This document shows, piece after piece, positions 14,212 through 23,292 of a DNA stretch of 32,000 nt. Source of the DNA: Desulfobulbus propionicus DSM 2032 (GTDB lineage Bacteria; Desulfobacterota; Desulfobulbia; Desulfobulbales; Desulfobulbaceae); the NCBI RefSeq assembly GCF_000186885.1, contig NC_014972.1, forward strand, positions 3,570,001 to 3,602,000, read 5' to 3'. Position 1 is the stretch's first letter. The number at the start of each line of letters is the position of its first letter. The notes beneath the pieces are model-generated. The model saw only the letters and a list, made by a program, of their open reading frames with translations, made no database searches and was not told the origin of the DNA. The position numbers and the translations under genes were made by a program.

Positions 14212-15458
14212 CAGGCCTCCTCGGTATGGGGGGAAAAGGATCGGCAACAGGCAAAGGTTTCCAGGCAGGCGATCAGGGCCGTGGCGTCGGCGCAGTGCCG
14301 AGGAGCGGATTCGCCGTTGACCCGTAAACCCGGCGGCACCCCCTGGCGCAGACTGAGCAGGGGCAGACCGCGATCAAGGGCGCCCTGCAGCAAGTCCACA
14401 TTGGCCTGGTTGGCCGGCCCCACCGGAAAACCGCTATCAATGACCAGATCACAGCCGTCCATCAATTCCAGGGCCTGCTGGGTGGCCGCGCCGTTGATCG
14501 TGGCCATGGGCTCGACCGCAACGCAATCCGCGCCGAGCGAGCGGGCCACATACCAGTCGAGGTCATTGCCGTGGACCACACCGGTGGCCAGGGCAAAACC
14601 CTTTTTGGCCAGGATGCGGTAGACCAGGGCGCCGCTGCCCATGCCGCCGACCACGAAGGCGCGGCCGTGGTCGCCGGCGCTTTTGAGCTCGATGCCACCG
14701 AGATCCCGATTGAACCGGGCCTTGTCAAACTCGTAGAGGGTGGTGACACTGTCGCCGCTGAGCACTGCTTCCGGGGCACCCCAGGCCATCAACCCGCCGT
14801 CGCGGATCAGGGCCACCTGGTCACTGACCTTGGCCGCCACATCCACATCGTGCAGCGAGGCAATCACCGTGATGCCCTGGCTGCGGCAGAGGTCGCGGAG
14901 GATGGCCATCACCTCCACCCGGTGTTTGAGATCCAGATGCATGGTGGGTTCATCGAGCAGCAGCATCCGCGGCGCCTGGGCCAGAGCCCGCGCCATCAAC
15001 ACCTTCTGCCGTTCACCGTCGCTGAGATCGACAAAGGCACGCTCGGCCAGCTCCAGGGCATGGACCGCAGCCAGCGAGGAACTCACCGCCACCTGATCCT
15101 GGGAGCCGAGGCGACCGAGGTAATCGGTATGGGGATAGCGGCCCAGGGCCACGAACTCGAACACCGAAAACATCGGCGGCGCGATCTTGTCGGTGAGCAC
15201 CACCGCCATGGTCCGGGCCAGGTCCATGGCGGAGAGCTGCGACAAAGGCCTGCCCTGCACCCTGATCTCGCCGGCCACGGGGGAAAGGTGACGGGACAGG
15301 GTGCGGAGCAGGGTGGTCTTGCCGGCGCCGTTGGGTCCGAGCAGACTGATGAACTCCCCGGGGCGGCAGGTAAAGGAGAGATCGCGCAGCACAGTGCGGT
15401 TTTTGTAGCCGACACTCAGGCCGGTTACTTCCAGGATGGGGGATTGGTTGGTGCTCAT
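14211..15458 (-). CDS. btuD: Cobalamin ABC transporter ATP-binding protein (BtuD/FecE-like) with extra C-terminal domain
   Basis: 415 aa; [51 protein letters not shown]; additional ~150 aa C-terminal domain [55 protein letters not shown]. Confidence 0.9.
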
Positions 15459-16504
15459 AGTTTGACCCTCCGTTTGAGCAGCAGGGTGATAACAATCGGG
15501 GCGCCGAAAAAGGCGGTGATCGCCGAGAGCGGTAACTCCACCGGCGCCATGACCGTGCGGGCGATCAGGTCGCAGAGGCTGGCCACCAGCCCGCCCATGA
15601 GGCAGGCGCCGGGGATGAGGATGCGGTTATCCGAGGTGCCGAAACCGAGCCGGGCCATGTGCGGCACGGCCATGCCGATGAAAGCCACCGGCCCGGCCAT
15701 GGAGGTGACCATCCCGGCCAGGGCGCAGGCACAGAGCAGGATCAAGAGGCGGAAGCGGCGGATGTCGACTCCCATGGAACCGGCGTACTCCTCGCCGAGC
15801 AAAAAGGCGTTGAGCGGTTTGCTCTGCACATAGAGCAGCACCAGGATGGCGCCGCCAGCGGCCAGCAGCAGCCAGATCTCATCCCACTTGAAGCCGGAGA
15901 AACTGCCCAGCTGCCAGAGGACAAAGCCCTTGATTTTGTCCTTCTCGGCAAAGGCGGTGAGGATGGCGCTGACCGCACCGCAGAGGTAGCCCATCATCAG
16001 GCCGACGATCAACAGCGTCACCCCGCCTTTGACGCGGTTGGCAATGGCGAGCACGACCAGCATAACCCCGTAGGCGCCGGCAAAGGCGGCCAGGGTGGAG
16101 ATGAACGGGGTGAACAGGGTCCAGCCGATGGTGACGCTGGTGAGCATCACAAAGGAAACCATCAGGGTGGCGCCGGAACTGATGCCGAGGATATAGGGGC
16201 CGACAATAGGGTTGCGGAAATAGATCTGCAACAACAGCCCCGAGGCCGCCAGATAGGCACCGCCGAAGACTGCGGCAATGGCACGGGGAATGCGGATATT
16301 CCACAGGATGGCGGTGGTGGTCGAGGCATCCTGCGGATGGCAGAGCGCCTGCCAGATCTCGTTGAGGGGAAAGGAAATCGAACCGATGGCCACATTGAGC
16401 ACCAGCATCACCAGGGTGAGCATCCCAAGCAGGGCAAAAACCAGCGGTGGACGCCGCAGCAGCAGCGGTCGCACCTGGGGCAGACAGCATTCAGAGGTGG
16501 TCAT
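15455..16504 (-). CDS. btuC: Cobalamin/iron-chelate ABC transporter permease (BtuC/FecCD family)
   Basis: 349 aa; LRIPRAIAAVFGGAYLAASGLLLQIYFRNPIVGPYILGISSGATL; VAFIGMAVPHMARLGFGTSDNRILIPGACLMGG. Confidence 0.93.
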   Translation of the reverse strand: MTTSECCLPQVRPLLLRRPPLVFALLGMLTLVMLVLNVAIGSISFPLNEIWQALCHPQDASTTTAILWNIRIPRAIAAVFGGAYLAASGLLLQIYFRNPIVGPYILGISSGATLMVSFVMLTSVTIGWTLFTPFISTLAAFAGAYGVMLVVLAIANRVKGGVTLLIVGLMMGYLCGAVSAILTAFAEKDKIKGFVLWQLGSFSGFKWDEIWLLLAAGGAILVLLYVQSKPLNAFLLGEEYAGSMGVDIRRFRLLILLCACALAGMVTSMAGPVAFIGMAVPHMARLGFGTSDNRILIPGACLMGGLVASLCDLIARTVMAPVELPLSAITAFFGAPIVITLLLKRRVKL

Positions 16505-17646
16505 GATTGCTCCTTGACGGGTGGGGGCTCGGTATTGGGCAACTCGGTGAAGTAACGCAGCCGGTAGTTGGGATAGGCCTCGGGATGGAGGATGGCGCTG
16601 ATCTCGGTGAGGATCTCGTCCAAGCGGTCCGCCGACTGGCTGTAGTGGGGGAGCGGCGCATAGACCCGGCCGCGTTTGAGTGGGCCGATGTCCCTGATCA
16701 GCGGGTTGAGCTTGGCCAGGGCCTCCTTGGAGGTGGCCCCCATTTCTCCGGTGCGGTAGGTAAAAAAGATATCCGCATCCTGGCCGGAGTAGAGAAAGCG
16801 CTCCACGGTGATCTCGATGCAGGCGGTGCCGAAGACATCCTTGAATTGGTAATCGGACTGGGCCAGTCCCACCAATTCCCCCACCCAGGCGTTGCCCGGT
16901 TCAACCATGACCCGTTTTTCGTAGATATCGCCCCACATCACCTTGGGCTGATGGGCCAGGCCGGCGGTGCGGGCGCGGATGTCGCTCAGTGCCGCATCGA
17001 TGCGGGCAAAATAGCTCTCCGCTTCGCGCTCCTTGTGGAAGAAGGGAGCGAGAAACTGGACAAAACGCATACGGGTATTGAGGCACATGGCGGTGGGCGT
17101 GGTGGTGACCACGGCGGGAATACCGAGATCATCGAGCAGGGGAATCACCCCCGGATCCCAGGTGAGCACCAGTTCCGGGTTGCTCTGCTTGAGCCGCTCG
17201 AAATCGATACTGGCAGCATCGCCGAGATAGGCAATCCGCCCGGCCTCCATGCCCTGCCTGATCTCGGGAATGTACCAGCGTTGAGCCGGCGAGGTCACCC
17301 CCACCAGGGTCTGTTCGAGTACGCCCAGGGCTCGGAGCACAGCAATATCAAAGGCCCCGTAGGCGGCCACCCGCTGCACCGGGGTGCGCACCACCTGGCT
17401 CGGCCGCACATCGGTGGGCATGGCCGCCTCGCGGGGGATGAGCACCAGGGTGCGGCCGGCGCCGTCGCGGACCTCGGTACGCTCAGGTGAGATGCGGTTG
17501 ATACTGAACTCACCTATTTGCAGAAAGGCGGGTTGTTGCCGCTCAGGTCCGGAGCCGTTGGCCGCGTCCTTATCGCTGCGACACCCAGCCAAAACCAGCA
17601 GCCCAATCAGCGCGCTGAGCAGCCAGAAAAAAGATATTCGTCTCAC
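16501..17646 (-). CDS. btuF: Periplasmic substrate-binding lipoprotein (BtuF/FepB-like)
   Basis: 381 aa from GTG start (VRRISFFWLLSALIGLLVLAGCRSDKD, lipobox LAGC); RVAAYGAFDIAVLRALGVLEQTLVGVTS; lies upstream of btuC/btuD. GTGA overlap with preceding stop supports this start over 17676. Confidence 0.87.
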   Translation of the reverse strand: MRRISFFWLLSALIGLLVLAGCRSDKDAANGSGPERQQPAFLQIGEFSINRISPERTEVRDGAGRTLVLIPREAAMPTDVRPSQVVRTPVQRVAAYGAFDIAVLRALGVLEQTLVGVTSPAQRWYIPEIRQGMEAGRIAYLGDAASIDFERLKQSNPELVLTWDPGVIPLLDDLGIPAVVTTTPTAMCLNTRMRFVQFLAPFFHKEREAESYFARIDAALSDIRARTAGLAHQPKVMWGDIYEKRVMVEPGNAWVGELVGLAQSDYQFKDVFGTACIEITVERFLYSGQDADIFFTYRTGEMGATSKEALAKLNPLIRDIGPLKRGRVYAPLPHYSQSADRLDEILTEISAILHPEAYPNYRLRYFTELPNTEPPPVKEQS

Positions 17647-18449
17647 GATGTGCGAGCCTCCCGAATCATCATCCAATCAAAGAAATAGAGCACAAGGCCC
17701 AGGGAAAAGAGAACCATACCTGCCAGATAGAGCCCGACCCCCGGATCCTTGCGCACAAAGAGATCGACTCTGGTTTTCATCTTCATTCCACCCTGACTTT
17801 TAGGGAAAAAATTGCGCAGATGCAGGCTGTAGCCCTGAAACCGCACCGGTCGGGTACAACTGAGGATCGCCTCCCGCTTGGTCATGCCATCATCAAGCAG
17901 CAGCCTGACTCGGGCGGTGATGACCTCATCCTCAAGAAAGGCGAGGCGCTTGCCCTGGTAGTACTCGGGTTCAAAGGCGATGAGTTCGACCTGACCCCTC
18001 GTGCCGGGTAAGGAGAGGTGGGTACCCGGCACCAGGGTACTGCCGGTCAGGACGTCGGTGAACAGATAGCTGCACAGATAGCCGGCAAGGATGATGATCA
18101 GGGCGTAGTGCATGATGTGCGGCGCCAGCTTGAGCAGCCCCGGCCATCCACTGCGGCGGACGGCCAGGAGCTGGCGCATGCGGTTGGTGGTACAGACGAA
18201 GGTGTTGGCAGTCAGGACACTGAGCAGCACCAGCAGCAGGAAAAACCAGCTGGTCTGCTCCAGGTTGTGGCTGCCGTAGGTACGCATCCAGGCTGTCAGC
18301 CCCATGTCGTTGAGCGGGACGAACAAAGCGGTGTGCCGCACCAGGCAGAAATACCCCCAGATCAGATCCAGCGTCAAAAGCACGCAGAGGCCAATGGTCA
18401 GGTTGATGCTGGCTAACCCCTGCCAGATGACGGTGCAGATTCCTTTCAT
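17643..18449 (-). CDS. Small ResB/CcsB-like (cytochrome c biogenesis system II) membrane protein
   Basis: 268 aa; ASINLTIGLCVLLTLDLIWGYFCL; SWFFLLLVLLSVLTANTFVCTTNRMRQLL; LIAFEPEYYQGKRLAFLEDEVITARVRLLLDDGMTKREAILSCTRPVRFQGYSLHLRNFFP; C-terminal TM. Confidence 0.65.
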   Translation of the reverse strand: MKGICTVIWQGLASINLTIGLCVLLTLDLIWGYFCLVRHTALFVPLNDMGLTAWMRTYGSHNLEQTSWFFLLLVLLSVLTANTFVCTTNRMRQLLAVRRSGWPGLLKLAPHIMHYALIIILAGYLCSYLFTDVLTGSTLVPGTHLSLPGTRGQVELIAFEPEYYQGKRLAFLEDEVITARVRLLLDDGMTKREAILSCTRPVRFQGYSLHLRNFFPKSQGGMKMKTRVDLFVRKDPGVGLYLAGMVLFSLGLVLYFFDWMMIREARTS

Positions 18450-19231
18450 GGCATCACCAGACCACGAAAGGGGCCAATATCAGGTAGGCAGCTTAAGCAA
18501 AGGACAACCAGGCCACCCAGACCAACGAAGATGGCCCTTGCCTGCTGGCTCCAGGTTTTGCTGAGGTGAAGATGGAGGACGCAGGCATAAAAGAACCAGC
18601 CCGCCATGGTCAGGGTCAGGGCCGGATCCTCCCAGACCACCGGCGTACCCCAGCCCAGATAGCACCAGAGTTCGCCGCAGAACATGGAAGCCGTCCACAG
18701 TCCGAATCCCAGCGCGGCCCAGCGCAGGGACTTATGCAGGGCAACCGTGGGTCGCAGACCATCGATCCACCTGTCGCTCAGGGGCCAGACGCACAGGGCC
18801 CAGGCGGCGCTGATGACACAGCTTGCCTTGGCGAAGAGGGCAAACCAGAGAAACCCATGACTGAGCAGGGTCTTGGACTTGAGAAAGGGCAGATAAAAAT
18901 CCTTGGGGAAAGCGAGAGACGTGACCACCAGAGCAACAAGCAGCGCAAGGACAAGCCGCCAGAGCATGCGCTCGCCCGGCTCTGAGCCGTTGCCGATACA
19001 CAAGGCCAGCAGCCCCAGGCAAAGCGGCAGCGCCACGGCGCCGAGATGCATCGGCAACATCGGCCAGGCCTGGGTATAACGAAGGGCAACAATCACCAGG
19101 TTGCATCCCAGGGCCGGCAGCAGCAGAATCCGCGAAAGGAATACCCACCGCTGCGGCAGGAAGGCGGCCATCAGCGAGGTCAGATAACAGAGTCCGGCGC
19201 AGAGCCATGTTGTCTGGGTCAGGTGGTTCAT
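18446..19231 (-). CDS. CcsA/CcmC-like membrane protein with divergent tryptophan-rich motif
   Basis: 261 aa from MNHLTQTTWLCAGLCYLTSLMAAFL; multi-TM; GELWCYLGWGTPVVWEDPALTLTMAGWFFYACVLHLH resembles a degenerate WWD heme-handling motif. The 72-aa upstream ORF extension runs through a terminator. Confidence 0.65.
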   Translation of the reverse strand: MNHLTQTTWLCAGLCYLTSLMAAFLPQRWVFLSRILLLPALGCNLVIVALRYTQAWPMLPMHLGAVALPLCLGLLALCIGNGSEPGERMLWRLVLALLVALVVTSLAFPKDFYLPFLKSKTLLSHGFLWFALFAKASCVISAAWALCVWPLSDRWIDGLRPTVALHKSLRWAALGFGLWTASMFCGELWCYLGWGTPVVWEDPALTLTMAGWFFYACVLHLHLSKTWSQQARAIFVGLGGLVVLCLSCLPDIGPFRGLVMP

Positions 19232-19421
19232 ACTTCTACCCCCGAAATAACGGGGAGATGAAGCGACAGCCTGCGCATGGCGGCAGGACTCCGACAGGGG
19301 TGGAAATGATGAACAGAGATGGGTATGACCTGAAGGTGTTGCATGGCTCCTCGCACACGGGTTCGGTGGTGGAGTCAACAACGGGGAGAAGGGGGCCACG
19401 GCCTGCGGTTGGTGGGCGGGC

Positions 19422-19464
19422 AAAAAAAAATCCCGGATCGAATACAATAAATTCGATCCGGGAT
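19422..19464 (-). terminator. Riboswitch-associated intrinsic terminator (riboswitch 2)
   Basis: Perfect 14-bp stem ATCCCGGATCGAAT/ATTCGATCCGGGAT followed by a U-tract on the minus strand. Confidence 0.92.
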
Positions 19465-19536
19465 AGCCCTATTTATCCGCAGAAATATATCAGATTACCG
19501 GGTACGCCGCCGTCCACGCAGTCGTCTCCAAACATC

Positions 19537-19699
19537 CATTCAGGCAGGTCTTCTGACTTCCGGCTCATCCTACTAACTGCGTCTTCCCAACCCTTCTAGG
19601 GTCAGTGACTTTGGTGCAGCGTTCGTCCCCGGTCACAGCGGCGGGCCCGTCCCCGATTTACGCGGGGTTCCCTCTTGCGTTCTTGCGAACACCTGAATG
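19537..19699 (-). promoter_or_regulatory. Cobalamin riboswitch 2
   Basis: Minus strand GGGAACCCCGCGTAAATCGGGGACGGGCCCGCCGCTGTGACC and GTCAGAAGACCTGCC; P1 arms CATTCAGG/CCTGAATG. Confidence 0.94.
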
Positions 19700-19706
19700 T
19701 GCAATG

Positions 19707-19735
19707 CATAAAACAGATACACCGGGCAAAGTCAA
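19707..19735 (-). promoter_or_regulatory. Sigma70-like promoter of riboswitch 2 operon
   Basis: TTGACT (19730-19735), 17-nt spacer, TTTATG (19707-19712), placed 7 nt before riboswitch P1. Confidence 0.6.
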
Positions 19736-20005
19736 GATAATTACATGACAAAGCCTTTAATAAAATAAAATAATTGCGGTTTTTTTCAGCAACATTCCTC
19801 GCATCTACCCTAATCACGCCACACCAGGCATGAACATCCACGACACAAATACCGAACAGATGATGTACAGATATTGATACAATTTATCTTTTTGGCAAAC
19901 GCGCACAAAGAGTACAATGCAATTTTTTATCACCAGCAATGATCAACAACAACTCCGACTTCCAACCATTCTGAAATTGCAGTCAAAAGCTCCGTGCTCT
20001 TCTTT

Positions 20006-20917
20006 TTACAAATGGGCCATGGCCACCTTGAGCTGCGCAATCCACATGTCGACAATGGCATCAACCTCACCCAGACCCTTCATCACCGGCACGCTCTCGA
20101 TGCCGGCTTTGGCGAGCTGACTTTTCCAGGAGTCGGGCTCGTCGCCGGCCATGTCGTTCATAGCATGGTCGCCAGCTACGGTCATAAAGGGAATGAGATA
20201 GGCTTTTTTGATCTTCTTGGCCATCAGCATGTCACGGATCTCTTCAAAAGTTGGGTGGCCTTCAACGGTGCCAACATAGAGGTTGGCATCCATCTGCTGC
20301 GCCTTATACATCAGGGCGCTGTACATGGCATCCGTGGGATGATGGGTGCCGTGGCCCATGAACACCACTGCCTCACCCGCCTTGCGCTCCTTGGGCACGA
20401 CCTTCGTGGTGATGATCTTTAGTGCCTGCTCCATGGTCTCGTCGCTGATCAGCAGCGGCAGGGAGACTTTCACCTGCTCGATGCCGCCGACCATCTGACC
20501 AAAAAGGCGGGCATTGGCATTGATCTCATGGAACTCGGCACCGGGGATCATGTGTAATGACTGCACCGCCACCTTGGTGTAGCCTTCGTCCATCAACCGG
20601 GCCAGGGCCATCTCCGGGGAGTCGATCTGCTTGCCCTCTTCTTTGGCCAGCTTTTTGCGGATGATGTTCGAAGTATAGGCCCAGCGCACCTCGGTGCCGG
20701 GGAAGGCTGCCTTGACTCGCTTCTCGATATTGGTAAACGAGGCCTGGGCCTTTTCCACACTGGTGCCGAAGGTCACCAGGAGGATGGCGATTTTATCCTC
20801 TTTTTTCTTACCGTGCTCCATGGCCTTGGCGGTTGCGGCCTGGAAACAGACCGCAACCAAAGCGGCAACGGCTACGGCCATCATTTGTTGTACCAGTCGT
20901 TGAATGTGCATGTTCAT
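20006..20917 (-). CDS. cbiK: Exported CbiK-like sirohydrochlorin cobaltochelatase
   Basis: 303 aa from MNMHIQRLVQQMMAVAVAALVAVCFQAATAKAMEHG (signal peptide); KIAILLVTFGTSVEKAQASFTNIEKRVKAAFPGTEVRWAYTSNIIRKKL; VAVQSLHMIPGAEFHEI; VVFMGHGTHHPTDAMYSAL; EGHPTFEEI; IPFMTVAGDHAMNDMAG. Confidence 0.92.
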   Translation of the reverse strand: MNMHIQRLVQQMMAVAVAALVAVCFQAATAKAMEHGKKKEDKIAILLVTFGTSVEKAQASFTNIEKRVKAAFPGTEVRWAYTSNIIRKKLAKEEGKQIDSPEMALARLMDEGYTKVAVQSLHMIPGAEFHEINANARLFGQMVGGIEQVKVSLPLLISDETMEQALKIITTKVVPKERKAGEAVVFMGHGTHHPTDAMYSALMYKAQQMDANLYVGTVEGHPTFEEIRDMLMAKKIKKAYLIPFMTVAGDHAMNDMAGDEPDSWKSQLAKAGIESVPVMKGLGEVDAIVDMWIAQLKVAMAHL

Positions 20918-20996
20918 TTTCTCCTTTTCATTGATATAGTCGATGCATCCGTACGTGCCTTGCTCGCTGTACGGCCGCATCATGGGTTGAGTTGGC

Positions 20997-21745
20997 TTAT
21001 CCTTCCAGTTTGAAGGTGATGGTCTGTTCCACCAGGGCTTTGACGGCCACGCCGCCTTTGGTGCCTGGTCGAAATCGCCAACCGGAGATACATCGCAATA
21101 CGGCTTGCTCAAACACTCCTTCTGGATCGGCGTCCAACACAGCGACCTTGTCCACTTGCCCCTGCTCATCGACCACGAATTTGACCTTGATCCAGCCCTC
21201 GATGTTACGGCGCTTGGCGGCTGGAGGATAGACTGGTGGAGCCTTTGCAACCGCAGCCAATGGGCCATCAAGCTGACCGACAGTATAGATGCCGCCCCCA
21301 CCCCCACGTGCGCTTTCTCCCTGGGCGGAGCTCGCGGAGGGAGTTGCCGCCGAGGCCGCAGCGGCACTTACATTACTCGTCGACACCGAGGATGTCGTGC
21401 CTTGAGGTTGCATTTGCGGCGAACTGGCGGCCACCGGGACTGTCTCCACAGGTGTTTTTTGTTCTTCAACAGGTTTCTTTTTACCACAGGTGGTGGCGAC
21501 TTTTTCGCCACCGGCTTGGGCATGTTTTTCTTCTTGACCGGGGCAGGCGCTTTCGAGGCCGGAGGCGAAGCAGGAACAGCTTGCGGTGGTCCAGCCTCTG
21601 GAGGACCTGATGCCTGCAGAATGGAAAAGTCCAAAGCCACCGGTAGGCGTACCGGCGGGGTGTGCTGACTGATGGTCACGGCTGCGAGAAAAAACATCGC
21701 ATGTACGAGCAGGGAAAACTGGGTAGCTTTGATTTGTCGGGTCAT
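20997..21745 (-). pseudogene. tonB: TonB family energy transducer, interrupted by an apparent -1 frameshift in an A5 tract (may be a sequence error or intact by slippage)
   Basis: N-terminal half (TM anchor plus Pro/Lys-rich VKKKNMPKPVAKKSPPPVV) in the 21368..21745 frame; C-terminal TonB domain (VYPPAAKRRNIEGWIKVKFVVDEQGQVDKVAVLDADPEGVFEQAVLRCISGWRFRPG) in the 20997..21449 frame. Adding one A at 21478-21482 restores ...PPPVVKKKPVEEQKTPVETVPV.... Confidence 0.85.
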
Positions 21746-22125
21746 AGCTGCTGTTCGGTTTGCAAACTTAAGGTTGTAAAACCAAGACGTTTGAGTGCCT
21801 CATACACATCGACAAATAACTGGAGGGGAATATCCTTATCTGCACGGAGAATGATTGGAGTGAGCCGATCCGCATCGGCCAGAGTGGCTTCTAATCCCTC
21901 TAAAGGTATTTCCATCGAGTCAACCCAGAGCTTGCCCTCCTTGTTGACGACAAGGGTGCGCGGATGGATCGCGGCCAGTTCTTCGCTGGCCTCGGCCTTG
22001 GGCAGTTCGACCTTAATGCCGCCGGTGGCGATAAAGGTGGAGGTGGTGAGGACGATGGTTAGCAGCACCAGCATTACATCCACCAACGGGATGACATTGA
22101 GATAATCAAACTCCTTTTCGTCCAT
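21742..22125 (-). CDS. exbD: ExbD/TolR family biopolymer transport protein
   Basis: 127 aa; DEKEFDYLNVIPLVDVMLVLLTIVLTTSTFIATGGIKVELPKA; IILRADKDIPLQLFVDVYEALKRLG. Confidence 0.95.
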   Translation of the reverse strand: MDEKEFDYLNVIPLVDVMLVLLTIVLTTSTFIATGGIKVELPKAEASEELAAIHPRTLVVNKEGKLWVDSMEIPLEGLEATLADADRLTPIILRADKDIPLQLFVDVYEALKRLGFTTLSLQTEQQL

Positions 22126-22537
22126 GGCAGATATCCCATTGCATCAGCAGCACCTTGCAGCGGCGCAGCAGCAGGTTGTAGAGAGTGACCGCTGGGATGG
22201 CCACCAGCAGTCCCAAAGCCGTGGCTTTCAGCGCCAGGGCTAGGCCGGTCATGATTTTGGTGGTGTCGAAACCAGCCGCGCCGATGTCGTAAAAGGTGAG
22301 CATGATGCCCAGTACCGTGCCCAGCAGGCCGATATAGGGGGCGTTGGCGCCGATGGTGGCAATCAGGTGCAACTTATGGGAGAGGTGCAACTCCAGCACC
22401 TTCCGATCCGCGTACTGCTCGACACGCACTGCGCGATACACCAGCCAGCGTTCCATCGCCAGGGCCAGGGCTACCACACTCATGAAGAGCAGCAATCCAA
22501 GAATCCCATAATCAATCAAATTGTGAAGATATTCCAT
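22106..22537 (-). CDS. exbB: ExbB/TolQ family proton channel
   Basis: 143 aa from MEYLHNLIDYGILGLLLFMSVVALALAMERW; LHLIATIGANAPYIGLLGTVLGIMLTF; GLALALKATALGLLVAIPAVTLYN. Confidence 0.93.
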   Translation of the reverse strand: MEYLHNLIDYGILGLLLFMSVVALALAMERWLVYRAVRVEQYADRKVLELHLSHKLHLIATIGANAPYIGLLGTVLGIMLTFYDIGAAGFDTTKIMTGLALALKATALGLLVAIPAVTLYNLLLRRCKVLLMQWDICHGRKGV

Positions 22538-22763
22538 GAGACTCCTCCCACGATGAAAGCAAAAAAAACAACGGGTTCGACAAAACAGAATCACCAACGT
22601 AAGAGCAACGGCCTTGGGCTTGCGCCTGAAAGCCACGCTCAATCGGTGGAGGGAACAGAGAGGAAAAGAAGAGATGAAGGTTCCTTTGCATAACTACTAC
22701 TCACTTGTAAAAGGAGGTAGAACGACGGCAAAGGAGCACCTGACACCGTGGCCAGCATAGAGC

Positions 22764-22806
22764 AAAAAAAAATCCCGGATCGAATACAAAAAATTCGATC
22801 CGGGAT
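22764..22806 (-). terminator. Riboswitch-associated intrinsic terminator (riboswitch 3)
   Basis: Same ATCCCGGATCGAAT/ATTCGATCCGGGAT stem plus U-tract on the minus strand. Confidence 0.92.
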
Positions 22807-22878
22807 AGCCCTATTTATCCGCAGAAATATATCAGGTACCGGGGTACGCCGCCGTCCACGCAGTCGTCTCCAAACATC

Positions 22879-23044
22879 CATTCAGGCAGGTCTTCTGGCT
22901 TCCGGCTCATCCTACTGACTGCGTCTTCCCGACCTTTTCTCAAGGTCAGTGACTTAAGGTGCAGCGTTCGTCCCCGGTCACAGCGGCGGGCCCGTCCCCG
23001 AATCGCACGGGGTTCCCTCTTGTGTTCTTGCGAACACCTGAATG
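22879..23044 (-). promoter_or_regulatory. Cobalamin riboswitch 3
   Basis: Minus strand GGGAACCCCGTGCGATTCGGGGACGGGCCCGCCGCTGTGACC and CAGAAGACCTGCC; P1 arms CATTCAGG/CCTGAATG; near-duplicate of riboswitch 2. Confidence 0.94.
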
Positions 23045-23051
23045 CTGGAAG

Positions 23052-23080
23052 GATAGAAACTATAGCTCCTAAAATGTCAA
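23052..23080 (-). promoter_or_regulatory. Sigma70-like promoter of exbB-exbD-tonB-cbiK operon
   Basis: TTGACA (23075-23080), 17-nt spacer, TCTATC (23052-23057), 7 nt before riboswitch P1. Confidence 0.6.
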
Positions 23081-23258
23081 GAAAATATTTTTCTATCCAT
23101 CCTATTGGCCATCTCGATAATAGTAAAATGTGTAATATGGGTATAAGATCGCAACAAATTGCAATAGCGACATTTTTCACGATTACTTGACACTGCTACA
23201 CAACCACGTCGTGAGACGTGTCGAAATCTTTCCCTGCAACGCCTTCTACTTTTTTCGC

Positions 23259-23286
23259 TTGACTTTCACTGCAAACCGTCTAAACA
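23259..23286 (+). promoter_or_regulatory. Possible promoter of the plus-strand operon
   Basis: TTGACT (23259-23264), 16-nt spacer, TAAACA (23281-23286), immediately before riboswitch 4; weak -10. Confidence 0.4.
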
Positions 23287-23292
23287 CAGCCC

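Noticed and set aside
14571-17490. Plus-strand ORFs 14571..15833, 15659..16555 and 16507..17490
   Set aside because: Antisense to btuD, btuC and btuF-like genes; translations show no family motifs.
19232-19447. 72-aa N-terminal extension of the CcsA-like ORF (MYSIRDFFLPAHQ...)
   Set aside because: It is a translation of the intrinsic terminator and leader; the same SIRDFFLP-type peptide appears wherever that terminator is translated. MNHLTQTTW at 19231 is the sensible start.
20918-21367. 150-aa N-terminal extension of the CbiK ORF
   Set aside because: Overlaps the tonB C-terminal coding region in another frame; the signal peptide start MNMHIQRLVQQ is clearly better.
21478-21505. Programmed -1 ribosomal frameshift in tonB
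   Set aside because: The A5 tracts (GTAAAAAG and CGAAAAAG) do not give the strong A_AAA_AAG heptamer, and no clear stimulatory hairpin was recognised. A homopolymer indel is a simpler explanation, though not excluded without reads.
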